From IMG/VR virus record IMGVR_UViG_3300025101_000050, positions 1 to 43,295 of that record: DNA of 43,295 nucleotides, one strand, 5' to 3'. Below the pieces are notes generated by a model. The model saw nothing but the letters and a program-made list of their open reading frames with translations. It did not search any database and was not told the DNA's origin. This stretch comes from a virus. Lineage: Duplodnaviria > Caudoviricetes. The first letter of the stretch is position 1, and each line of letters begins with the position of its first letter. A program made the translations under genes and the position numbers. Below, in pieces: positions 8,384 through 16,425 of the stretch.

Positions 8384-8835
8384 TAATAAATCCTTGTTTT
8401 TTTATTTTTTCCTAGTTTACATTTAGACTTTACAAACGTCCCTTGTTTAGCTCCGATTTTTTCATAATACATAGGAAACATTTTTTGAGAGGCACCACTT
8501 CTTCTTAGTGATTCATTTTTTTCTTTAATCTCACCAATTAAATCACGACTTTGAAAAACAGGAGCTGGCGGTGCTTTAAAAAAAGCAAAAGGATCACCAC
8601 CCATGGTCTCATATATTTTTAATAATTTTTCACCTTTACTAGATCCTTGATCCGTGGTCGTTGAGTCACTAGCCGAGGCATCAGCAACACGCCTATCTTC
8701 CTCATCTCTTTTTTGTCTTTGTGTCTTATATTTAAGAACCTCGCTTTGTCTTTTCTTTTTTTCTCTTTCTTCCTCGTTGGATTTATATTTATCCATAAGA
8801 AATTTAGAAAATCTATTTGCTGGGTTAATCATCAA
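8383..8835 (-). CDS. Hypothetical protein (150 aa)
   Basis: Translationally coupled between terL and portal. Confidence 0.6.
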   Translation of the reverse strand: MMINPANRFSKFLMDKYKSNEEEREKKKRQSEVLKYKTQRQKRDEEDRRVADASASDSTTTDQGSSKGEKLLKIYETMGGDPFAFFKAPPAPVFQSRDLIGEIKEKNESLRRSGASQKMFPMYYEKIGAKQGTFVKSKCKLGKNKKTRIY

Positions 8836-10304
8836 TAATACCTATATACCTTCTCTGGTAAATCTTCAAGTTCTTTGTAATCTGAGTATAACTCAATAAA
8901 ATTACCTTGCCTATACCTTAACACAGCTTGGGTGGTTGAATCAACATAATCATCGTTAGCTCCGTTAGGAAAAGCAGCACATTCATCCATAACTTCATCA
9001 GCAAACATTTCACCATACGGAAACCAAACTTGACCACTTTCAAATATAGGAGCAACTGAATTGACTCTGGTATGTTTGTCATTACCTTTACTGGGAACAA
9101 AAGGCACAACAGGAATACCCATGCGTCTGAATTCTTGAGTCAAAGGTTCACCACTCGCTTTTTGTTCTATAATTACAGTTTCAGGTTCCCAATACTTATA
9201 CGCATCCATTGCCACAACTTTTAATTCAGGAAAATCATATTTGCCTCGAATAGCATCTAATAAAATTAACGCTGGCGTAGCTTCATCAGGATGAAATATT
9301 CCCCATGTTGTAATAGCAGAATAATCTGCTGTTTCTTTTTTACTAAACGCTGTGTCATAACTTTGTATAACATGAATTAGATTAGGTACAGTTTGACCCT
9401 TCCAAGGTTGCCACCATTCTCGTTTTAAAATTGCACCTTCTTCAGACGTAGGGTTTTGCATATATTGAGCTGACCAATTACGAATAGGTAATGATGCTTT
9501 TATTTTTTCGAGCTCCTCTAAAGCCCAATATTCTTTCCAAACAGGATTCCCACTCGGTAAAATTGCAGGGAAAGATATTTGTCTCCATTGATCGGCTTTG
9601 ACCTCAGACTGATTTTTTATGAGCCTTCCTGTTAAATCATCTTCTGCCCACCTTGTCATAACTAATAAAATTGAACCACCAGGTTGTAACCTTTGTCGAG
9701 GTCCTGAAGTATACCAATCAAACGCTCTCTCCATTGCCATGTCTGACAATGAATCTTGTTCCGTGTGTGGATCATCAATAATCAATAAATCTGCACCACG
9801 ACCAGTGATGGACGCACCAACACCTGCTGCGTAATACTCTCCACCATGATTTGTTTCCCATCTACCTTTTGCTTTGGAGTCCTCACGAAGTTTCACATCA
9901 CCAAAAATTTGTTTGTACTGTGGTGAGTCAATAATGTTTCGAACCTTAGAACCGAACCTTACTGCAAGTTCTGTATTATGTGATACTTGCATAATTTTTA
10001 ATTTAGGATTCTTACCGATCATCCATGCAGGAAAATAAATTGATGCAAATTCTGATTTAGTATGCCTTGGAGGCATGTTTATTATGAGCCTTCCTTTTTT
10101 TTCATGAGCAATATCAGTAAACTCTTTTGCTATGATTTGATGATGTCCCCATTGACTCGGATCTTTTTCTTTACGACATATAAAATCTTGCCACATCTCT
10201 TGAACAAAATATAAAAAATTATCCTGACAAAGCTTGATGTGTTGTATCCATAACTTCTCTACTTCGAGCCTCAGTTTATCCGTTGTTAAAAAATCTTTTT
10301 TCAT
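8832..10304 (-). CDS. terL: Terminase large subunit
   Basis: Walker A INMPPRHTKSE, Walker B LIIDD, coupling motif MTRW, nuclease SYDTA...DDYVDS. Confidence 0.95.
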   Translation of the reverse strand: MKKDFLTTDKLRLEVEKLWIQHIKLCQDNFLYFVQEMWQDFICRKEKDPSQWGHHQIIAKEFTDIAHEKKGRLIINMPPRHTKSEFASIYFPAWMIGKNPKLKIMQVSHNTELAVRFGSKVRNIIDSPQYKQIFGDVKLREDSKAKGRWETNHGGEYYAAGVGASITGRGADLLIIDDPHTEQDSLSDMAMERAFDWYTSGPRQRLQPGGSILLVMTRWAEDDLTGRLIKNQSEVKADQWRQISFPAILPSGNPVWKEYWALEELEKIKASLPIRNWSAQYMQNPTSEEGAILKREWWQPWKGQTVPNLIHVIQSYDTAFSKKETADYSAITTWGIFHPDEATPALILLDAIRGKYDFPELKVVAMDAYKYWEPETVIIEQKASGEPLTQEFRRMGIPVVPFVPSKGNDKHTRVNSVAPIFESGQVWFPYGEMFADEVMDECAAFPNGANDDYVDSTTQAVLRYRQGNFIELYSDYKELEDLPEKVYRYY

Positions 10305-10474
10305 GCTAGACTTTTACTTCCTATATGTTAGTATTCAACTTAACCTATACTGTCAACCGACAGTAACATTTTTTTTCTGACCTGAGAAAAAATAAAAAAA
10401 AAAATCACCAAAAACCAAAAAATATATGAGCCTTCTAAACCAAGCAGCTTGTACCCATTGACGCATAATATACA

Positions 10475-10879
10475 TTATGTTAAATTTTGCCATTTTATCA
10501 CATCCAGGAGCAATTGCTCCAAGTTTTTTTCGCTAAATTTACATGATCCAAGGAGCTCGAACTTTATTTCTTGACTCAAGATGAACGCCTGATGAACAAG
10601 CCTGAGAATTTTCAAGCTTTTAAGCTTAGGGGTGAAAAGCAAGATAAATACATTACCACCACAGGATAGTCTTTCGATATGCCAATTGATCTGATATTTT
10701 GACAGACCATAATTCTTGCTCTCTCCTGATTTTAATTCTAACCAAATCTCAACGCCATTCACACATCCGTTAACATCAGGTATTCCGTTGATTGTACTAG
10801 ATTCTATTCTGAAAAAATGCCAGTTTCTTTTGGTCTTTTGAATCGAGGCAAGATGCCTCCACAATTGTGATTCTCTCAT
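10475..10879 (-). CDS. VRR-NUC / Holliday-junction-resolvase-like PD-(D/E)xK nuclease
   Basis: RIES...GIPD...WLELK...Q..W pattern. Confidence 0.8.
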   Translation of the reverse strand: MRESQLWRHLASIQKTKRNWHFFRIESSTINGIPDVNGCVNGVEIWLELKSGESKNYGLSKYQINWHIERLSCGGNVFILLFTPKLKSLKILRLVHQAFILSQEIKFELLGSCKFSEKNLEQLLLDVIKWQNLT

Positions 10880-10923
10880 GCCTAATCTTTTTACAATAGA
10901 TTAAGCAAGAAAGCAAGATTGAC

Positions 10924-11106
10924 CTAGGGTTTATTATCTTCTAAGTAATCGTAAATAAGATCTTCAATTAAATCTTGTGAGTGAAATATAATATCTCTCT
11001 TATAAACATTATGTAAAATTTCTTGTCGAGAATCTCCACCCTCTTCAATTGTTTTTTGAATATATTCTTCTTCTTGTTCAAATGCCATTTGTTTTACCTT
11101 GCCCAT
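10924..11106 (-). CDS. Hypothetical acidic protein (60 aa)
   Basis: GGGGAG SD, coupled to upstream gene. Confidence 0.65.
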   Translation of the reverse strand: MGKVKQMAFEQEEEYIQKTIEEGGDSRQEILHNVYKRDIIFHSQDLIEDLIYDYLEDNKP

Positions 11107-11327
11107 TATAGATACTCCCCATGATACAAATTAAACTTTGGTAATGTTCTTTTCAAAAAACATAATTCTAATTCAGAAAAATCCTCAAAGTAAGTTACCA
11201 TTTCATATTTGTTGTTAATAGTGTCTAAATAATAAAGATCGCCATCTTCAACTTTGTAAGCAATGCCATTTACTACTGAGTAAGCAATACCATTTACCAC
11301 TGTTTTTGTTATTTTATTTTTTTTCAT
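11106..11327 (-). CDS. Hypothetical protein with internal 8-aa duplication
   Basis: Preceded by pseudoknot leader copy A and ACGGAG SD. Confidence 0.7.
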   Translation of the reverse strand: MKKNKITKTVVNGIAYSVVNGIAYKVEDGDLYYLDTINNKYEMVTYFEDFSELELCFLKRTLPKFNLYHGEYL

Positions 11328-11378
11328 ATTTTACTCCGTGTTAATTGAGGGAGATTTGTGGTACTCCCTCTTAACCAT
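11325..11378 (-). repeat. Pseudoknot-SD leader, copy A
   Basis: UGGU-UAA-GAGGGAG-U-ACCA-CAAAU-CUCCCUC-19 nt-AUG. Confidence 0.85.
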
Positions 11379-11786
11379 TTATTTGTCTGCTTTCCAAATG
11401 TTAATATAATTTTTCCATTCAGAACCAAGAGCTTTTTTTAATTTGTTTTTGCAACAAGTCCCTAAAAAATGACATCCAGTTAGTTCAACCTTTTTCTCAT
11501 TTTCATCAGTACAATCATCTAAATGAGCAGCAATATCGGAACAACCCTCAACAGTTACTATTGCCCATCTATCTCTGCTAGACTCAAGACTAATATCAAC
11601 TGGTCTGCCACAAATTTGACAAGGTTCAGTATCTTTACCATCAAATCTAGAATGATGCACATATAAGTCATATATAGCATGAGGTCCTCTGTAACCTTTC
11701 CAATCAACATCTGCACTTATGTTAGCCACTCTAACACAGTCAATCTTGTCAAAACTAACCTCTACTTTGTTTACTTTACTTACCAT
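11379..11786 (-). CDS. Cys-rich hypothetical protein (CxxC; start revised from 11837)
   Basis: ACGGAG SD before ATG at 11786; CQICG and further Cys/His residues. Confidence 0.7.
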   Translation of the reverse strand: MVSKVNKVEVSFDKIDCVRVANISADVDWKGYRGPHAIYDLYVHHSRFDGKDTEPCQICGRPVDISLESSRDRWAIVTVEGCSDIAAHLDDCTDENEKKVELTGCHFLGTCCKNKLKKALGSEWKNYINIWKADK

Positions 11787-11837
11787 TTTTTTCTCCGTTA
11801 AAATTGGGGGAGACTTTTGGTACTCCCCCTTGACCAT
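11784..11837 (-). repeat. Pseudoknot-SD leader, copy B
   Basis: UGGU-CAA-GGGGGAG-U-ACCA-AAAGU-CUCCCCC-19 nt-AUG. Confidence 0.85.
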
Positions 11838-11842
11838 TTAGT

Positions 11843-12187
11843 CTATATATGTTTTTCAAGAGTGCCCTTTTCTAAGCAATGAAGTATAAGGCATCTTATA
11901 CCCAACTCTTGAAGGAACCAGCCTTCACAGCCCCACTGTATTATGCCTTTTTGTTTTAAAGAAGACAAAGCACCTCTTTCTCTATTAGCATCTTCAAGTA
12001 ACTCTTTTTCACCCCAATCGTGAGAACACCAAAGAGCATTATCTATAGATTCTGATAAATCATACTCATATTTTGAAAGTATTTTTTTTTCAAGATCAGT
12101 AAGGTTTATCTTAGAAGCATCTTCCCAAGAAAGGTTACCTGGATCGTAAGAGTATATTTCGTTTATTTGTTCTAGTATTTTATTCAT
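11843..12187 (-). CDS. Hypothetical protein, possible winged helix (start revised from 12259)
   Basis: ACGGAG SD before ATG at 12187; GALSSLKQKGII motif. Confidence 0.65.
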   Translation of the reverse strand: MNKILEQINEIYSYDPGNLSWEDASKINLTDLEKKILSKYEYDLSESIDNALWCSHDWGEKELLEDANRERGALSSLKQKGIIQWGCEGWFLQELGIRCLILHCLEKGTLEKHI

Positions 12188-12259
12188 TTTTTTCTCCGTG
12201 TAAGTGTGAAAATTAATTTTCTCACACTTATATACTATCACATCTAATAAGTGATGCAA
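12185..12259 (-). promoter_or_regulatory. Early promoter + palindrome + 5' hairpin + SD leader, copy 1
   Basis: TTGCAT-N16-TAGTAT, ATCAC-N9-GTGAT, hairpin TAAGTGTGA/TCACACTTA; 12188-12228 is 40/41 identical to 23981-24021 (inverted). Confidence 0.8.
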
Positions 12260-12278
12260 GTCTTTTTTTTATTTTTAT

Positions 12279-12794
12279 TTATTTTTTTTCAGGAGTTACA
12301 TCAATAATATTTGATGCGTCTTTAATTTTTCCTTCGAGCTCTTCCAATCTTTTTTCTAACTGCTCTCGATTCATTCCCTCTAAAGTATTATGAGTGATTT
12401 CTTTCTTATCAACAAACATGCCTGCCATTTGACCAGCTCTATACTCTGCATTAATAGCTCCTGTGTATTGACCTTTTACCTCTGCTCCGTTCCTTAACCT
12501 CTCAAAGATCTTAAAACGCCTTAATTTATCTTTGTCATATTTTTCTTGCTCTTTTGACATTCTTTTTTCAAAGTACCTACACACATGAGGATTTAAGTCA
12601 GGGTTCAATAATCTACTAGCCTGTTCATATGGTTTACCTCTTTCTGATGTATATCCAGCTTTTGCGGCAGCATCAACTTTTGTTATGTTTCCCCAATTTT
12701 CTACTAATATATCTACAAATTGTCTTTGTTGAACTGTTAATTCAGTAGTAGATTTTAACTGATTTGGTTTTCTTGGCATTCCCAATTTTACCAT
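12279..12794 (-). CDS. terS: Terminase small subunit
   Basis: LTVQQRQFV...AAAKAGY...ASRLL N-terminal HTH, G.Y..AI.AE...G...GMF motif. Confidence 0.8.
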   Translation of the reverse strand: MVKLGMPRKPNQLKSTTELTVQQRQFVDILVENWGNITKVDAAAKAGYTSERGKPYEQASRLLNPDLNPHVCRYFEKRMSKEQEKYDKDKLRRFKIFERLRNGAEVKGQYTGAINAEYRAGQMAGMFVDKKEITHNTLEGMNREQLEKRLEELEGKIKDASNIIDVTPEKK

Positions 12795-12854
12795 AATATA
12801 TTTACTTAGAAATAAAAAAAAATAAAAAAAAATGCATATTTCACCTCAAAAATT

Positions 12855-12965
12855 TTAATTTTTCCTATTTTTTAGGAATTTTTCCTAAAACTTTCCTAAA
12901 ACTTTTTGTCTTTTTTCCTTATTTTCTGGTATTTTTCCTAGTTTTCCCAAAATATAGTCCTATTT
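12855..12965. repeat. Cluster of TTTCCTA repeats in an AT-rich non-coding region (candidate origin or pac region)
   Basis: TTTCCTA at 12861, 12881, 12892, 12934; inverted TAGGAA at 12873; variants at 12914, 12943. Confidence 0.6.
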
Positions 12966-13042
12966 TACCTTTTTACTTTTTTATTTTTTTTTGTAAGGAA
13001 GTGTATTATAGAAAACTGTCAAAAATCATGTATGATTAATTT

Positions 13043-13297
13043 ATGGATTTATATTGGCTCGAGTTCCTTGCAGCGTGTACCGCTATCATTAGTATCTATG
13101 TCTATGGTAATGGATCACATTATGCACCAATCGTGGGTCTTGGCTCTCAGGTTATTTGGATATGGTGGTGTATCGAGATGGAGCTGACAACGATGTTTTT
13201 ACTCTGCCTGGCAATGATATTGACACATTTAAGAAATTTAAAGGTCATGGGAACAATTACAAAACTTCAAGAATTATGGAATCGGTATAAGAAGTAG
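13043..13297 (+). CDS. Small multi-pass membrane protein
   Basis: 84 aa with about three hydrophobic segments; opposite to neighbours. Confidence 0.65.
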   Translation: MDLYWLEFLAACTAIISIYVYGNGSHYAPIVGLGSQVIWIWWCIEMELTTMFLLCLAMILTHLRNLKVMGTITKLQELWNRYKK

Positions 13298-13721
13298 TTG
13301 TATCATGAATTTCTTTTCTGAGCTCATCTAATCGTCTTCTAATTAATCTTTTTTGATCTACACTAATATCACAGGACAAAACTTTATAGATTTTATTATA
13401 CTCTGCCCAACGCACTTGTTTTTTAGTAAAGGCAATTACTTTTCGTTTGAGTGCACTGATGTAATGTTCTCTCATTTCTTCAGGATCGAGTAAAGCCCAT
13501 TCACAAACTTCTCTATAGTCTCGTGATTCTTGGAGAATCCAATTATGAGCTTCGATCTTTTGCACTGCTGACTTTCTATCAGAGAGCGTGATCATTGTAT
13601 CATCGAAGGCGTTTATAACGACAGCACGCCATAATTTATGTTCAGGATTCAGTCTTTTATCGATCACGGATCGAGTAAAGCTTAGTCCCATTAGTTTATA
13701 TAGATAAGGAGAAGAGCTCAT
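13257..13721 (-). CDS. Conserved phage hypothetical protein
   Basis: PEHKLWRAVV..A..D...NW...DY.EVC..A..DP pattern. Confidence 0.65.
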   Translation of the reverse strand: MSSSPYLYKLMGLSFTRSVIDKRLNPEHKLWRAVVINAFDDTMITLSDRKSAVQKIEAHNWILQESRDYREVCEWALLDPEEMREHYISALKRKVIAFTKKQVRWAEYNKIYKVLSCDISVDQKRLIRRRLDELRKEIHDTTTSYTDSIILEVL

Positions 13722-13945
13722 TAGTGAGCAAAGTTTTTGACTAACTCCCTCAAAATCTTTTTATAATTAGCAAGAATGTTTTTGTCAGTTTTTTTCGTTG
13801 CTCGTAGTTTTAGATAATCGACATATAAACTTTCGATTAATTCGTGTTTTTCGTCAGGTGTCATACCATTGGGATCAACAAGAAAAGATACATCTTCATG
13901 TTCAAGAAGATTTTCCCATTCAAATTTATTACTAGACATAACCAT
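13721..13945 (-). CDS. Hypothetical protein (74 aa)
   Basis: GAGG SD; coupled to downstream gene. Confidence 0.6.
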   Translation of the reverse strand: MVMSSNKFEWENLLEHEDVSFLVDPNGMTPDEKHELIESLYVDYLKLRATKKTDKNILANYKKILRELVKNFAH

Positions 13946-13984
13946 AGTATACCTCAGTCAAAAACTACTTACTATTCACACTCT

Positions 13985-14335
13985 TTACTTTTTTTTATAG
14001 ATAGTGGGATCGTAGCCGTTTAAATTAAAGTTAAAATTATTGTTGTCTCGTTGATATCTGATGTTCTTGGATTTGAATGTTGGTAATTGACTATCGCAAT
14101 TAGGACAAACAAATCGAAGATTTTCAAGCCTGTTATCTTTTTTTACCCCATTTATATGGTCAAGTACAAGCGATAATTTTTTTTTCTTCCATTCACCTTT
14201 ATTTTCACAGATAGCACACTCATAAGGAATAAGCTTTTCTTGAATAATTCTGCTCTTTAAATGCGAATAATTTTTGTAGCTAGAGTCTTTAACAAACAAT
14301 TTTTCGTTAGGTATTCGTGTGTATTTGTTAGCCAT
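13985..14335 (-). CDS. HNH endonuclease
   Basis: CAIC...LDHING...DNRLENLRFVCPNC. Confidence 0.9.
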   Translation of the reverse strand: MANKYTRIPNEKLFVKDSSYKNYSHLKSRIIQEKLIPYECAICENKGEWKKKKLSLVLDHINGVKKDNRLENLRFVCPNCDSQLPTFKSKNIRYQRDNNNFNFNLNGYDPTIYKKK

Positions 14336-14386
14336 ACCAATTTCCCCCTTATTATAAGATAAAGGTTCGTGGTTCGTGTGTCTAGG

Positions 14387-14539
14387 TCAGTGCCTTTTAA
14401 TTTTTTTAAATACAATACTGCAATAAGGGCATCTAACCTCATCAACTCCTTCAAGTGATAAATAAATTAGAGGATGACCTCCAGAGTCTTCACCCCTGCA
14501 ACATACTGTTTTTTCATTAAAGACTTGAATAGTTTTCAT
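14387..14539 (-). CDS. zf-CHCC zinc-finger protein, 50 aa (not in ORF track)
   Basis: MKTIQVFNEKTVCCRGEDSGGHPLIYLSLEGVDEVRCPYCSIVFKKIKRH; C-x-G...GHP.IY...CPYC; ATGA-coupled to upstream gene. Confidence 0.8.
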   Translation of the reverse strand: MKTIQVFNEKTVCCRGEDSGGHPLIYLSLEGVDEVRCPYCSIVFKKIKRH

Positions 14540-14697
14540 AGCTTAGTTCGAGCTCCTGAGTGACCTGAGCCACGGCAGGCGTTGCAAACATAAGTGGTGT
14601 CTATTCCTTTATCTTTGAATCTGTCAGGACGGATAAAACCATTGCCGTGACATTCTTCACAGACTTCATAAATTAAAATTTTTTTTTTTAAATTCAT
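14536..14697 (-). CDS. DnaJ-type zinc-finger mini-protein (start revised from 14718)
   Basis: CEECHGNG and CNACRGSG (two CxxCxGxG); ATGA overlap with upstream stop. Confidence 0.75.
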   Translation of the reverse strand: MNLKKKILIYEVCEECHGNGFIRPDRFKDKGIDTTYVCNACRGSGHSGARTKL

Positions 14698-14900
14698 TCT
14701 TTTTCCTTCATTACACATTGCTGTTTATATTTTGTATATCCAAATATATCTAATGATGGGTTCTTTGGATCTGCTTTCGACCACCCTTTATCAATCCATA
14801 CACAAGTATATTCTCTTTCATTGTTTTTTCTTTGCACAAAAAAATCGGCATTGCTCCAGGTATATAGATTTATTACTAAGCCTACAATTAGCGTTTCCAT
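14694..14900 (-). CDS. Hypothetical protein with N-terminal hydrophobic segment
   Basis: AGGAG SD, 68 aa. Confidence 0.6.
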   Translation of the reverse strand: METLIVGLVINLYTWSNADFFVQRKNNEREYTCVWIDKGWSKADPKNPSLDIFGYTKYKQQCVMKEKE

Positions 14901-15139
14901 AATTTCTCCTTATCTTTTAGTTCATCCCATTTGTTTAACTTATATTTTTTAAACCAAGTGACAGGATCGTTACACTTAGCTGCTTTTATTTTTTTATTTG
15001 GATTTTTATCTTCAAAATCCTCGATGAGTTTTGTTACGGCTGTTTGACACTCACTATATTCAAAATTGGGAATATGTTTAATTGTCAATTTATTATTATA
15101 TTCTATCCAAATAGTTAGGATAAACCACTTAAACATCAA
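14888..15139 (-). CDS. Hypothetical protein with N-terminal hydrophobic segment
   Basis: 83 aa, KWFILTIW, two Cys. Confidence 0.6.
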   Translation of the reverse strand: MMFKWFILTIWIEYNNKLTIKHIPNFEYSECQTAVTKLIEDFEDKNPNKKIKAAKCNDPVTWFKKYKLNKWDELKDKEKLWKR

Positions 15140-15335
15140 TACCTAATCCTTCTCTTGCTTTTTGTCTTATAAGAAAAGTTTTTTCGTCATAACATCCCCA
15201 CCCTTGAATATCGATGTCGTTTTCTTGCTCATATGTTTGAACTTTATTCCAAATTTTATCTACATTACAAGCTTCAATCTCACCATAAACAATTTCTTCG
15301 CCAGTATAAAGAAACAATATTAAAATCCACTTCAT
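15129..15335 (-). CDS. Hypothetical protein with N-terminal hydrophobic segment
   Basis: 68 aa, MKWILILFL, two Cys, GGGAG SD. Confidence 0.6.
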   Translation of the reverse strand: MKWILILFLYTGEEIVYGEIEACNVDKIWNKVQTYEQENDIDIQGWGCYDEKTFLIRQKAREGLGIDV

Positions 15336-15586
15336 TTTATCTCCCTACAAAAAACTCTAAAATGATTATCGAAATGGTCACACTTAGTTACTACAAGAGC
15401 TTTCATTTTATGACCACCATATTCAAAAGTAGTATCTGTTCTTACAGGGATTCTTGTAGGTATAGAGACATAAATACCTTTTTCATAATCTTCATGAGGT
15501 TGCCCATCATCTCTATAACCTGGAGCATAATTTTTATTATCCATGTAAACTAAAAATTCTGCCCATTTGGGTTTAGTCTCTGACAT
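15332..15586 (-). CDS. Hypothetical protein (84 aa)
   Basis: Coupled ORF in operon. Confidence 0.6.
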   Translation of the reverse strand: MSETKPKWAEFLVYMDNKNYAPGYRDDGQPHEDYEKGIYVSIPTRIPVRTDTTFEYGGHKMKALVVTKCDHFDNHFRVFCREIK

Positions 15587-15788
15587 TAGATTTTTTTCCT
15601 TTTTCTAAAAGTTGTTCTGAAAAGGCTTCATAACTTGTTCCTTCTTTTTTAGCTTGATAGCGAATTGTTTCATCAATCATTTTGCTAAGCATGTTATTAG
15701 GTCTTCTATATTTTACTGAGCATAGACCCTTTAATTTGTAGTAACAATCTTTTCTTATAGCAACTGTGTGCCATTTTGTAGTATCCAT
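15573..15788 (-). CDS. Putative ribbon-helix-helix DNA-binding regulator
   Basis: N-terminal strand (WHTVAI) followed by two helices; AAGGA SD; hairpin leader upstream. Confidence 0.55.
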   Translation of the reverse strand: MDTTKWHTVAIRKDCYYKLKGLCSVKYRRPNNMLSKMIDETIRYQAKKEGTSYEAFSEQLLEKGKKSNVRD

Positions 15789-15808
15789 AATTTTTTCCTT
15801 ATGTATGT

Positions 15809-15856
15809 GGGTGTGAAAATATGAAAATTATTCTCACACCCTATATTAATATTATA
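15809..15856 (-). promoter_or_regulatory. TATAAT box and variant GTGTGA/TCACAC 5' hairpin
   Basis: GGGTGTGA/TCACACCC stem with GAATAATTTT loop start, homologous to the hairpins at 12201 and 23981. Confidence 0.6.
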
Positions 15857-16130
15857 AAATTGGTCTGTTGGTATTTAAATGATCAGGTATGGATGCTTTA
15901 TTTAGATCATTATAATCTTGTATATCCATGTCTAACCAAGCAACTGTGTTTTCACTTGTTGCAATTTGTGTTCTGATTTCTACATCATTGTGTAACATAT
16001 TAAACAGAACAGGCAACTTAGCATCTGCAATAGTATCATATTCAGTTCTTTCAATAGACCTATTTTTATTTAGCTTAATTGCTTTTTCGTTCAAATCAAT
16101 GAACTGTTTTTTTGTTAAGTATGATATCAT
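15852..16130 (-). CDS. Hypothetical protein (92 aa)
   Basis: AAGG SD; upstream TTGCAT-N17-TATATT promoter containing ATCACAT. Confidence 0.65.
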   Translation of the reverse strand: MISYLTKKQFIDLNEKAIKLNKNRSIERTEYDTIADAKLPVLFNMLHNDVEIRTQIATSENTVAWLDMDIQDYNDLNKASIPDHLNTNRPIL

Positions 16131-16201
16131 GTTAAACCTTTCTTCGTATTAATTAATATCAATTACAAATATATATGTTTAAATGTGATAATGCAAGCTA
16201 A

Positions 16202-16230
16202 TTGACATCTTTTATAATCTTTTTTATACT
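16202..16230 (+). promoter_or_regulatory. Near-consensus sigma70 promoter
   Basis: TTGACA-N17-TATACT. Confidence 0.75.
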
Positions 16231-16251
16231 TTAGTATGAAAGGAAGTGAAA

Positions 16252-16425
16252 ATGGCAATAGCTGAATTGTTAAATGCTAAGATGTCTTTGGAATCCAAGT
16301 GGAATGCCATGTATAATGAAAGTGGTGTTTACTCTGTTGAGATGAAAGATATTGAAAAAAAAATTGACGCTATAAAGCAAGCTTTGGTTCTAGCGGATAT
16401 AAGAGAAGCAAAAGCGAAATACTAG
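16252..16425 (+). CDS. 57-aa coiled-coil protein (not in ORF track)
   Basis: MAIAELLNAKMSLESKWNAMYNESGVYSVEMKDIEKKIDAIKQALVLADIREAKAKY; AAGGA SD and consensus promoter. Confidence 0.75.
   Translation: MAIAELLNAKMSLESKWNAMYNESGVYSVEMKDIEKKIDAIKQALVLADIREAKAKY

Noticed and set aside
14364-14378. GGTTCGT tandem dimer upstream of the HNH gene
   Set aside because: Only two copies; compatible with chance
14257-14454. 65-aa ORF-track protein MKELMRLDAL...
   Set aside because: Overlaps the HNH gene and the better-supported zf-CHCC ORF in another frame
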